Source: Lama glama (taxonomy: Eukaryota). Taken from it: 64,000 nt of DNA. The stretch's first letter is position 1. The number at the start of each line of letters is the position of its first letter. Below are positions 1 through 12,239 of this stretch, in pieces. The notes beneath the pieces are model-generated. The model made no database searches. It was not told the DNA's origin and saw only the letters and a list, made by a program, of their open reading frames with translations. The stretch covers positions 8,372,001 to 8,436,000 of the forward strand of contig CM052817.1 of assembly GCA_028534125.1 (NCBI GenBank), read 5' to 3'. The position numbers and the translations under genes are program-made.

Positions 1-169
1 AATGTCTGTTTTCATCTTTTAAAAAATCTTTAATGTCTCCCCACAGCCTACCAGCAAAGGTCCAACATCCTTGCAAGGTGCTCAAGGCCTTTGACTGTCC
101 CAGACGACGTACCCTAGATATGCTAACAATACTGGAGTTCTCCTTATTTGCCAAATATGCCTTCTACTT

Positions 170-490
170 ACCTCTCCAAGCATTTGCTTGTACTAGTCCT
201 TCAGCCTGGAACACTTTTCTTTCTTTCACCTGTAATTTAAATCCCGCTCATCCTTTAAGGTTCAGTTCAAGTGCCACCTCTTTTATGGAGTGCTGTCTGA
301 TCGCCACAGTCAAAACCAATATCCCCTTCTTCTCTGTTGTTATAGCTCTTACCCTGTGCTGTGGTTCATGGTGCCGAAACCTGAACCTCTGTGCACTCTG
401 AGGTTCTGAGGGAGGACGGGAACTACCTTGTTCTTCACTCATGCCGTGGTAGATACTTAGTAAACACTCAGTGAATACATTTGTTAATAG
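170..490 (+). mobile_element. L2 LINE 3' fragment (degraded)
   Basis: L2-type motifs 'ccttcagcctggaacact', 'gttcagttcaagtgccacctc' and terminal 'gtagatacttagtaaacactcagtgaatacatttgttaat'. Confidence 0.6.
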
Positions 491-544
491 GACATGCCAG
501 TGTCCCAGGAAAGTCAAAAAGCAAGGAGACATACTTTGTGTTGG

Positions 545-732
545 ACTTAGAGAGAATGTTCCTACTACCTGGTCTTTGTTGCAAAGGCTCCTAGATTTCC
601 TGGCTCCTCCCTTGCCTCTTCAGAGCAGTCTCAGAGCAATCTGAGAGGCTGCTCCCAGGTTCGAGTCCTCAGAAAGTCTACGGAGTAAAACAAAACTCTC
701 AGCTTGTAGGTTGTGCACATTTTTAGTTGATA
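545..732 (+). mobile_element. ERV1-type LTR 3' fragment (MER34/MER39-like)
   Basis: 'cagagcagtctcagagcaatctgagaggctgctcccagg...gtcctcagaaagtc...gagtaaaac...ttttagttgata' resembles the R/U5 end of this LTR group and the end of the LTR at 17475-18059. Confidence 0.55.
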
Positions 733-1129
733 GATTCAGTATTTCTTTCTCCCAAGAGGATGCTGAAACTCTGAGAGGTTGGGTAACTGGCTCAAGGACA
801 CCGAGCAGATAAGTAGCAGAAGCTACATGTGATTCTCTGCTGCAAAAACCAGGTCATGCTCTTTTCTCCCTCTTGTGGGAGCCCTTTGAGTGTGAAATGC
901 CTTACCCAGAGCACAGGGTGAGCTGGTGACAGCCCTGTACCTGATCCCAGCCCAGTGACTCCTGATGCTCTGAGCTCTGCGCCTCACACGCCACCCTCCA
1001 TCCATCTTCTCTCCCTTCTCTAGGTCCGAAGATGTGAACCAGTCCTTGGAAGATGGTCTGCCAGCTACTGAGTGGAAAAATACCGTTAGAGAAACAAGGA
1101 AGGGAAAAAAAAAGTGAAGAGGAGACGCA

Positions 1130-1780
1130 AACACCTTATTTATCACTCTTGACTTCATTACAAAAGATCTGCAAAGCTCACAAAAAGAATCAACCTGCAA
1201 ATCATGTTACGGCTAATAAAACAGTAATTTAAACACCCCTGGCTCTACCTGCAGTGTCCCGAGGTACTCACAATGCCCTTTCTGTGTTTTATTTTAGGGC
1301 CCAGTACAAAAAGTGTTCACCTTAACGTAATTAACTTTTTTTTATCATTAAGATTCTGAAAAATTGAATTGTGTTGGACACAGGTCACTGTAATGAGAAT
1401 TTAATGGCGACGTATTAAAATGTGAGCTAAGCTTTGAATACCTGCTAGAGGCGTCACATTGCTACTGACCTATGTAAATTTCCATCTCAGTGGCCCCTAT
1501 TCTTCCCACTGTGGCTTTCGGCCCCCTCCCCGCTTTCCTCTCATCTCCTTAAACAATGATTCCCTCATTTTCATATTAATTGCATCACTTAACTGAGATA
1601 ATGCTCCCTCTGAAATGAGCAAAGGGATGAATCACTGAAACGGGCCATTATTCTTTTTGCTTAACCAATTTCACAGGCCTGCACAAAGCACTGCCTTCAT
1701 TTGGTTTCCTATAATTGCTTATCATTAGGCCCAGCCGCCCCACGAAGCACCTTTTTATTTATTTAAGTCTCATCTCTGAT
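1130..1780. promoter_or_regulatory. Putative conserved non-coding element / enhancer
   Basis: No recognisable repeat; many TAAT/ATTA cores, Sox-like AACAATG and retained CpGs; conservation not tested. Confidence 0.35.
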
Positions 1781-2875
1781 GGATGGAAAATGAGTCACTT
1801 GCATATCTGAGGAGCCCAGACGGTTCCAGGCAAGGGGGTGGTGGGTTACCCAGGAGAACTCGGAAGGCAGAAGTCAAGAAGAAGCACACCCAGGTGAATG
1901 TCCCTGCCCCTTGCCCTTTCCCCATGGGTTTCCCAGGAGGAGGCACAGCTATCAGGTGACCGCAGGGCATTCTGCAGCAGTGCCCCCAGCTCCCTATAAT
2001 TGAGAGAAGAGAGGAGAGAGAGCTTGACCTGCGTGATGGTGGCAGCTTGGTACCCGCAGCAGGTGTGTGAGGCTGTCCAGGTGCACAGTTCCCTGGGAAA
2101 CACAGTCCCACCTCCATGTCTGAGGCAGGTAAGAGGCTGCAGGCTGGCCTTGATTTTCATATTCTGGTCCCATCAGCATGAGGTGGCTAAAGGAACATTG
2201 TGAAAGATTTCTAAGCATTCATTCTCCCTCCCTTCTCTTCCTCTCCTTCAGGAGGTGTGGAATGGTGAAGAAGAGAGGGGGAGAAGGAAAGGACATTTTC
2301 TGGGGAAAATTAGTCTGTTACCAACCACAGACATATTCAGAACATCACCAGGAGAGAATGGCTCCCTCAATAGGAAAAGGAAAAACTCCTATTAGCCTGT
2401 CAGCAGATGAGGGCCAAAGCGTTCCCTGGAGGGTCCCTGGGAGCACACTGAGCACACCATGTACTTTTGTTGGTGTGGATGAGAGGGCCTGCCTGAGAGC
2501 TAGCTGCCAAGGGCCTTGGGATCCCCTCTATCACAATATTGTTTCTTAGAGATCACTGCCCTGACTCATGTCACCTGTCTGCTTGGTGGCTGCTGTAACT
2601 CTGCCTGTAAGTCCCACCCACCTTGTGTTCAGCCCTCACCAGGGCTTCTCAGCTTGGCAGCCCTGCCCTCACATTAACCTATCAGGAGGGTGACAGGGGA
2701 CAAAGAGCTTCTCTGAGAAAGAAACTTGTTTCCTTTTGTTTCTTTGTTTGTGATGTTCCTAGGGAGGCTGATAGGGACAGAAATCCAGCCCACAGTGTTG
2801 TCCTCCTTGTCACACCAGGGAGATGACCTTGTGAGGAGACCTGGAGCCCTTGGTTTAGGGTAGGGGTTTCAGAGA

Positions 2876-3045
2876 CAGTAGTTCCCAAAACGTGGTCCTT
2901 GAAACAGCAGCATCAGCTCTCCTGGGGAACTTGCCAGAGCCATTAATTCCCAGTCCCTCCGAGATCGCTGAGTCAGAAGATTGGAGGGAGGGCCCCCGTG
3001 GTCTGGGTTTCACAAGCCCTCTGGGTCACACTGATGGTCACTAGA
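2876..3045 (+). mobile_element. MER5A-like hAT-Charlie MITE
   Basis: Begins 'cagtagttcccaaaacgtggtcc...cagcagcatcagc' and contains 'ctgggtttcacaagccctctggg'. Confidence 0.7.
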
Positions 3046-3454
3046 CAGAGGGAGTCATGTTTTGCTTTGGCTATTTTTTAAAAAAATGCTCTCCTATGGA
3101 GTGGCTCCTGGATTCTCACCACAATTCTGAAAAACTGGCAGGAAAAAGCAAAGCTCACACAGTTATTCCCATTTTGCAGATGAAACAATAAAAATCACAG
3201 AGGTTCTATGACTTGCTGAGGGTTCCCCAAACTGTTGGAGTTAGAAAATTGTCTTCCCATTTCTAGGCCATGCCAACACAGTGTGGAAAGACAAATATGA
3301 GTGTTCAAAGGGGAACAAAAGCCCAGAATTAATAGCAGAACATGAAAGGGGAGGGTTTCCATAATCCTCCAGGTATGAATAAAACCATATTAGGAAGCCC
3401 AACATCACCTCAGAAAGGGGAGGACCCAAGGGTAGTACTCAGTGTTGCCATTAG

Positions 3455-3710
3455 CCTTGAAGAGTACGGGCTAGGGTCTAAAGTCAGAGAAACGTGGGGT
3501 AAATTTCGGCTCCACTACCTCCTACCACTGCAGGGGCTTGGCCAAGGTGCCAGCCTCTCAGAGCACTGGCTTTCTGATTACAAAATGGGTTAGATAATAG
3601 AAGTAGTTATCTTAGAGGTTGCTTTGAGAGTCAGAAAACATGATGCATGAATTCATTAGCTTGTGCTTCTATCATAGCCAGCAATTAATAAATGATTACA
3701 TTATTATTAT
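3455..3710 (+). mobile_element. MIR SINE
   Basis: MIR core 'ttggccaaggtgccagcctctcagagcactggctttctgattacaaaatggg' and (TTA)n-like end. Confidence 0.6.
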
Positions 3711-5057
3711 GAATTGAAATAAGAGGGGAGTAAAGACTGACATTTATCTCAACTCTTAGCTATTTGAAATGATGAGATTAGTGGACATTTACCGAACTCC
3801 TCCTACACATCCTGGTTTGTTTCGTAGGGTCCTCTCACAGGTATAGGACTGGTAGTGGGCAAAGTTTATCAAAGCTGAGAGGGCTGGGACTGGGAGAGGA
3901 GCATCATCTGGGATGAATGGGGGTGGCAGAGCTGGAAGGAAGAGGCCTTTGCCTGGAGTTAGGGCCATAGAACCCAGCAGGTAAGATCACATGTTGGATA
4001 ATAACAGAATTGAGCAAGTGGGGACATAGTTTGCAGAGGTGATTTCTTTAAGTCATTTGGGGCCAGATTAGAGCCATGGGTGATAATGGAGCTCCATTTA
4101 CATGTGGGACTGGTATTTTGGCATGAGGATGGTTTGATGGTTTAAAAAGCTCAGGAGAGCTCTCTGCTGTGCTAGGTGTTACAGCAGGTGAAATCTTCAT
4201 ATTGACTTTTGAAAGGATATTGAGAACAATGGCAAGTGAACTCTTTTTCTTCTCCTGCAATTGTGGGGGAGTAGGGACACAGGAACATCTGAGGTGTCCC
4301 TTCACCTTTCCTAGGAGAGAAGACTTGTTCACAGGATTGGAGTTACCTCCTGTGGGCCATGCTTGGGGTCCACTCCATGGAAAGCTCTCTGTCTATCTGG
4401 TGGAAAATAAGGTTGAAGGCAAAATAGGGCCAGATTCTGGAGGAGAGTCCTGTAAGCCAGGGTGAAGGACAATTAGGGAGTCTTTAAAAGTCCCTGAGTT
4501 TGGGAACAAAAGAGTACAGTGGTGCTTTACAATAACTCAAAGCATAATTGAAAGTGATTTTTGGATAGATCAAGTAGGAGAGACTAGAAACCCTTTGGCA
4601 GTTCAAATTACCATTAATTTTTTTAAAAATCTTTTTAGTGGTGCTCCTTTCTCCAGCAATGTTCTGTAAATGGCAGACAGGCTAAATGGGAAGGATCTCC
4701 TTGGTACTGCTAAATCACACCATATTACTTAACTCTCTGGGTCTCATTTACCTGGTTGTAATGAGAATTACCTATCTATAAACTGCCTCTTTTACAGGAT
4801 GTGACTAGTTCATTCCAAGCTTGGATAATTGGTGCTAGGAACCACTGACTTCCCTTAATTTAGAATTGCCATGGTAAAAGCCACAGCTTAAGAGAAACTA
4901 TAGAGTAGCAATATGGATATATTTTCATTATTGTGAACATATTATTAAAATAAACAGGTTGACATATGTCATAAAAATTAAAGTGGTAGAGAGCTGAACT
5001 TAGAATAATAATATTGAAGGAAAAGAATCCTTTGTAGTTGCAGAGTGCATTATGATT

Positions 5058-5505
5058 TGTATTAGTTTATATGGGCTAACTCACTGTAAGAAAGAAGCTA
5101 AAAAATTAGCAGCTGAAACACAATGAAGGCTTGATTTCTTCTCACTTAAGTGTTGAGCAGGGATAGTTCAAGTCAGCAGAGGTGGTTGGTGCTGGGGTGA
5201 CAATTTCTGCTTCATGAAGTCTTTCAGGGACTCAGGTTGGTTCTGCCACATTCAACACATGGCTTCCATGGCTATCCTAATGATTATTCTTGGTCCCTGG
5301 CCACATGAAGGAGAAGAACACAAAGAGTCTGGAAGCTTCTGTGGCCCAGATATTGACAAGGTGCATGTCACTTCCACTCACATCCCATTGGATCAGACCT
5401 AGTTACATGACTAAATTGCAAGAGAGGCTGGAAAATGCAACTTAATTCTGCACTAAAGAAAGGAAGCATAGAATTTAGTGGACAGCTGAAATTCTTCTCC
5501 TAACA
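5058..5505 (-). mobile_element. Old MaLR (MLT1J/K-like) solo LTR
   Basis: Starts 'tgtattagtt'; contains 'catgtcacttccactcacatcccattgg' and 'aattgcaagagaggctggaaaatg'. Confidence 0.6.
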
Positions 5506-7711
5506 AATCTTACAAGTACTCGAATCTCTATTTTACTGAAGAAGTCAGTGAAACTTTGGTTAAGTGAATTCCTCAGGAAAACTTTGGCTACCAATGCATG
5601 GATCTGGGAAAAAATCAAGATCATTTTATTATTTCTCTATTTATACACCAGCCTCAGAGTTAATTATTCATAAAACCAAGGATTTAGAGAACTTCTGCAA
5701 TGTGCCTAGCACACTATCTGTATATACTTGGAATTCAGGGGTGGTCATAGTTCTATTGGTTTTCTGACTGAAGGGTGATTTCTGCATATATTGAATGGAC
5801 AATAAAACACCCTTTACCTTTGATTTCTGAATACTGTTTGAACCATAGCATATACCTTATTTCCAAGATGGCTTACAATTTCTACATAACATACATCACA
5901 TATTAAATAGCCTTACATGTTCACAATGCTGTACATTTCTCAAGAAAAGGCAAAGTAAAATTTCTTGCTGTTTTGTAAAGTCTTTGTAGCACCTAGCATA
6001 GAGCTTTAGAATCAGACAGGAAGAAGTTTTACTCTCAGTTCTGCATAGTTAGCCAGTTCATCTAACCTCTTAAGTCATGGTTTTTCCTTCTTGTAAAGAG
6101 AAAGAAAATATCTACCCTGTTTGTCTTGCAGGGTGGTTGGAACAAAAAGTGATAATGAATGTGAAAGGGATATGAGACTACAAAACTTGTGGAGACACAG
6201 AATCATTACTATGATATTCCATCAGTGCTCTGAATTTTATCAGATTACTAAACATACATTTGCTGTCATAAAACATTCATAATGTTGTATGTGAGGTAGG
6301 GCTTATTATTGTTGCCATTTTGCAGAAGAGAGAATTGAGATTCAGAGAAGTTAGTGGCTAATTCTTTGTCCATAGTTGGTAAGAATGAAATAGACATTCA
6401 AACATTAAAGAAAGAGTGCTGACTCTGGAGGACAAAGATCAGGATTTGAGGCCCACTTCTGCTAAATATTAGCTGTGTGCGTTTGGAAAAATCATTTTTC
6501 CTGAGTCTAATTTCCTAACCAGAGAGAATAATACCTTTTCCTCCTTATAATCTCACAAGATTCTTAAGAAGATCATAGAACCAATGTATTAAAATTATCT
6601 CAAGTTTCTTTTAAATGGCCTTGAGAAGAGTCAGGAATTCTTGGCTCCATCTCTCAAGTTGTTCTATGGCAGCAGGAGCCACATATGTTGAAGTTTATGC
6701 TGTTGCAGGTTGCTGATTATTTAACTGAGGTCTAGGGTGAGATTTGAGTACATGAGATCCAAGCTTTCAAAGCTGGATCATTATATTATGGAATATTAAC
6801 TTTGGAGGCCTTTAAAATTTACTCTTGGACAAGTTGTCATCAAACACAAAATCTTCCCAGGAGGTATCCTTGAAAGATTGTCTTTTAGCTTCAGTTGTAA
6901 TAATGCTAGCAATGAGAACTAACTTATAATAAGGCACAGTCTGTCTGGGTATTAGGTTGACCAATATTTATTGAGACAGCCACTAAGCTAGTGAGCTAAC
7001 ACAGAGGATTGGATTGTCAAATCTGACTTACATGAATCAAAAATCTCACCTGGTGCTAAGATTTACTAATAATTTTGGGGATGCAAATAGTCGAGTGGAA
7101 CAGGTGAAGCAGGTAGAGGTCTGGGATGTTCTGTATGACTCCCCAGCTCTTTCCTTCCCACATCAGATATGAAGTCTCTGGTTTACCATGATAGGTAAAG
7201 CCCTTAAGTAAGGCTTGCAAGCTTCTGCACATAGAAGAGAGTGTTTGGGTTAAGGAACATCTCCATTTTATACCTCAGTTGTACAACTTAGATTATGTGT
7301 CCTGAGAAATCATTAAATCCATGGATTCTTGGTTTATTTACCACAAGTGATGGTAAACCAGGGACATCCTGCTAAAGACTGGTCATAAATAATTACCCTC
7401 TTCCAGGAACCATCATAACTTTATTTGCCATGAAGTCCAGTTATCAGCATGTTTATAAGAGATCAGTTTGGGGTACCTTCCTTTTTTTCCTTTCCCCAGA
7501 CTGTTCTCTGATAACGGAGAGAAAAATGAATCACATGCCAGCTACTTTAATACCTTCCTCTCCAGAGAAGCAGGGAAATAAAATGGTAAACACAACATAC
7601 AACGTCTCTGACTTTGATCAATTCGTTTAGGAGAGAAAAAGAAGTAATCAGACAAGTTTAATAGGAACAGAGAGTCTACTGAGTGCTGATCAAGAACATC
7701 TCCAACTATGA

Positions 7712-8050
7712 GAGTAAGGAAAATGCCATAGGATATCGCTTATATGTGGAATCTTAAAAAAAGGACACAGGTGAACTTATCTACAAAACAAAAACAGACT
7801 CACAGACATAGAGAACAAACTTATGGTTACCAGGGAGGAAAGGGGGTGGGAGGGGATAAACTGGGAATTGGAAAATTGCACCTCCTGGGGAGTGATGGAA
7901 ATGTTAGGTATCCTGATTGTGGTGGTGGTTTCATTGGTGTATCCATCTATCAAAATTCATCAAATTGTACATCTGAAATATGTGTGATTTACTGCACAGG
8001 AACCATGCCACAATAAAGGTGTTAAATAAATACATAAATATATTTAAAGA
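7712..8050 (+). mobile_element. Chimeric L1: lineage-type 3'UTR segment (~7712-7880) fused to an L1ME/MB-type 3' tail (~7881-8023) plus A-rich tail
   Basis: First part parallels 34110-34275 (tgtggaatc-An-gaacttat...aaacagactcacagacatag...ttatggttaccaggg); second part 'gtgatggaaatgttaggtatcctgattgtggtggtggtt...caataaag' is an ancient L1M-type terminus. Confidence 0.75.
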
Positions 8051-9974
8051 AAAGAATATAGTATTTATCCAGTTGAGATTCTCTATTTCCAACTGATAAG
8101 AACTTAATTAAATGTACTGGTCATGGCAAAGAGATGAGGCACTTGAAGTGGTCCCAAATAATAATAAAATTGAATCTTGAAGAAATTGATAGACATTGGT
8201 AGAGGTGTACTGGTTAAAGTTTAACACCCATCTCTCAAACAAGAAAAACAGTGCTGCTTTGTAAAATTGGTCGGTATTTATGATATAAATATGATCACCA
8301 TGACTATTTTAAGCCACAAATGTCACATCAGTAAATACAGAACTGGGAAGAGATGGATGGGCACAGTCACCTTTTGTAGGAGGGCTCCAGCACCCCACAG
8401 CAGGGACAAAAAAAGAACATTTCTAACTTTGGTTAAAAGTTATACCTGTGAAAAGCAGCCCGATTTCCAATCACAATTGCAGTTTGGAGTGTCTAACCTT
8501 GTGGGTTTTGATTTGGGGTTCATTGTTTTTCTTTAGCCATAACTAGGCAAACATGTTATATGCACAAGGCATGCCTGCCTCCGTTGGCAGCTCTGTCTGT
8601 CTTTCCTTAGCTCTCAGCTTCAGCTGCTCTGGAAGATGACTGTCTGTTTGGGACTGCCACCAAGGCGCACCTAAGTGAATTTTGTGCTTGCAGAATAGTC
8701 TGTGTTTTATATAGACCATTCCATAAAGAGCCCAAATTAGACACAGATCTGTTTAGCAGTACAGTAACAGACACACTCACAGAGGTGTATTTTATTTAGG
8801 CACATGCAAAAGGTCAGTAATGAAGACATATAGAATGTTTGGGAGCAGATAAGACAGGCACACACAGGCTGAGTCCTAAGGCATAAGCAAATCAAGAAGA
8901 AGCCAGGAGTTGAAAGAAAACACAACTTGGCATGTGCCGAAATGACAAGCACTTTGGTCTTCCCTAAACGTTAGATGCAAGACAGGAGTGGGAGCTATTG
9001 CAGCTGGCGCAGCAGGCGGGAACCGGACAGGTAATGAGAGCACTGTAGCAGCCACAAACTCACTTGGACTTTATCTTGTTGACATGGAATAGGGTTGAAA
9101 GTTTTTTTTTTCCTCTTTTTGAGATTAAATCTGTCTGCCTGTTCTGTCAAATTGTTTTTAATCTTGCCCTTAGAGGTAGAAACATCTGATTTCTCTTTAA
9201 ACTGATGGCCCTCAGTCATTTGAAGGCACGTCTTATGTTCCCCCTGATGTTCTCAAAGGGTGATGTCTTCATGTTACAAGGATCCAGACTCCTCTCCATC
9301 CTGGTGTTCCCTTGAGTTCAGCCTGTCCCACATGCCAGGGTTCAGTGATTTGCTCAGGGGTACTAGTTTCAGGGTTGAGGGAAGGGAAGAGTTCAGTCTC
9401 AGATGCCAGGAAATTGGATGCTTCTTACCAACCAAGCCTCTGTTCAATTTTCCTTTTTCATATGAAATTCAATTCCTTGCTCCTTTCACATCCAGGTAGG
9501 ATTTGCTTGGCACTTCACTGGTTCCAAGGAAATATTCAAAATCCTCCGTAAATTTTCTGGAAGAAATTATGGTCTCTGGAATTTGGTTTTTCACAGAGGA
9601 TCTCCTCTGTCTCATGTTTCTGCAGTTATGTGTATTGCCTTTGAATGACTTTGTCACCTTGGTGCCCAGAACAGTGCTTGGCACTTGACCAGTGCTCAAA
9701 ATGTATTCATTGAATGAGTATTCAGGCAAGACTCGGCATCCTCATTGGTAGCTCTTGAGCTTCAAGCATTTTTTTAAGTTGAGAAGAACTTACTGAAGAT
9801 CGATAGTCACAACAGAGCAAGGCTGCAAGTTTCTGCCCGTTGGTCCTTTTCTCCATCCATGTTCCGAAGTAACTTGTCTCTAGGATCTGCAAATTCTTTT
9901 CTCTCCATCGTGTGTAGTAACTCAGATCTGCCTGGCTCCTATCTAAAACATATTGAGACACATCCACTAAGAAC

Positions 9975-10130
9975 AACGGTGTATTGGTGAATGTTTAACA
10001 ACGGGCTCTCCAAAAATTCCCACCGTGTCTGATTTCAGAGTACCAAGGTGAGGTCACTGAATGTAGGGTTGGGAAGGAACACACGCGGTCAGCTCTTGAG
10101 AGTTGGTATAAGCTTACCCTTCGGGTCACT
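9975..10130. mobile_element. MER63-like hAT (Blackjack) fragment
   Basis: 'ggtgtattggtgaatgtttaacaacgggctctcc' resembles the MER63 terminus. Confidence 0.5.
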
Positions 10131-10292
10131 GTAGGGGGTCACAAAACAAAAGATCCACCCTCTTTAGAGGATGGTTGATATCATAAACAGTTACTTTTTC
10201 TCTCTTACTACATTCAAAATATCTGCTTAGCATAAATTAGACTTTCAAAACTAGATTCTCTAGATTTGAAAACTAATGTTAAACCTTTTAAA

Positions 10293-10500
10293 CCAGTGGT
10301 ACTAAACTGTGAGAAGTGCTGCCCCCCAGAGGGCATCTGGAAATTTGCAGGGCTATTGTTGGCTGTAGCAGTAATGGGACGCTACAAGTACTTAGCAGAG
10401 AACCGTCAGGAATGCTGATTATTCCATGGGAAAGACGATCCTGCACAAAAAGAATTGTCCTGCCTCCAAACTCTATGGCACAATCTTTGGAAAAGTCTGC
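10293..10500 (+). mobile_element. MER20-like hAT MITE
   Basis: 'cagtggtactaaac...tgccccccagagggcatctggaaatttg...cacaaaaagaattgtcctgcc'. Confidence 0.6.
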
Positions 10501-11482
10501 TTTACACTGTACCTCCCACAGCTTGGCTTTCGGCCAGATGGTAATCCTTTATATTCTGCTAAACTTTTGTGAGAGAAGTAATCATACCCTGCCGCTTACA
10601 GGGAAAGGAAATCCTATGCTTAGTGACAGATGCTTATTTTATTCCTAAATGATTGAAATAAAATGCATTGGAATGAAACTTTTTTCCCTATTAACCTTTA
10701 GCAGCATTTATAATGATCACGTTAAATCTAACCTCATTACAATGTAATGGGGCCTGACTGAAATACTGCAGGTATGATGCTGAGTAATTTCATAAATTAT
10801 TAAATGGTAATTGAAAGTAATATGGCAGAATACATTCTATTCCTGAGGGGGAAAATACAGAAGACTGTGGATGGAAATAAAACTGGTGAAAATACAGCAT
10901 GTAGACAAGAGCTGGAAGCTCTTGGGGGAAGGTGATGGAATAAATGAACATACCCTTTAATTTTTGGCATTGAGTTAAAATACATAATTTTGATCCTGGG
11001 GTTACAGTCCCTCCTTGGAACATTGCAGACAACTAGACCCCTCTCTCACTTCCTGTTTTCAGGCATTCTTCGGGGCAAAATAATCAAATTCAAATTATTT
11101 TTTATACTAAATGTCTCTAGATGCCATACTTTTATTTCAATTACAGTGATTGCAGTTCACTTCAAGCCCTCACTTACCTAATAGCTTTTCAGAAGCTTAA
11201 AAAAAATCCCAATCAGTAAAGTAATGGCACTTTTCGTGGGAGAAAAAAAACCCAAAAACTAAAGTAATGAAGACTATGGGTTTGGAGTGACGTCTCTTAC
11301 CACACAGAGCCTTCACCATAGGTAGCGGATTCTTTCAAATTAAAGCGTGCATTATGCTTTATAAGTTCACTTTTCCAACATGGGCTCAGATGGCAGGGAC
11401 TGTTCTACAACTTGCTCTTTTCACTTTATATTATAGCTTGGGCACCTTTCTATGTTGGTACGTGCAGATCCAAACTTAAACA

Positions 11483-12225
11483 TTTATTTATTAATTTAAT
11501 TATTTTTAGTTGAAGTATAGCTGATTTATAACATGTGTTTCAAGTGTACAACATAGCAATTCAATACTTTTATAGATTATACTCCATTTAAAGTGATTAT
11601 AAAATAATAGTCGTATTTCCCTGTGCTGTGTGATATGTCCTTGTTGCTGATTTATTTCTCACATAGTAGTTTGTGCATCTGAACCACCTGCCTCTATCTT
11701 GCCCCTCCTCCCTTCCTGTTCCCCATTGGTAACCACTGGTTTGTTCTCTTTATCTGTGAGTCTGCTTCCTTTTTGTTATGTTCACTAGTTTGTTGCATTT
11801 TTTAGATTCTACATATGAATGATATCATACAGTATTTATCTTTCTTTGTCTGACTTATTTCATTAACATAATTCCTTCCAATTTTATCCATGTTGCTGCA
11901 AATGGCAAAATTTTATTCTTTTTTATGGCTAAGTAGTATTCTATTCTATATACATTCTATACAGTATTCTATATATATAATATATACCACATACAGAAAT
12001 ATACCACATATAGAATATATGTATATATATATACACACACACCACAACTTTTTTCTCCAGTCATCTATCGATGGACATTTAGGTTGCTTCCATGTCTTTG
12101 TTATTATAAATAGCGCTGCTATGAACATTGGGGCGCACGTATCTTTTCTAATTAGAGTTTTCTCTGGATGTATGCCTAAGAGTGGGATTGCTGGATCATA
12201 GGGTAAGTCTTCAGTTTTTCAAGGG
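11483..12225 (-). mobile_element. 5'-truncated L1 (ORF2 C-terminus plus 3'UTR)
   Basis: T-rich tail then 'ttgaagtatagctgattta'; ORF 11946-12128(-) [20 protein letters not shown] is the L1 ORF2 C-terminal motif. Confidence 0.9.
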
Positions 12226-12239
12226 TATTCACTATTCTT

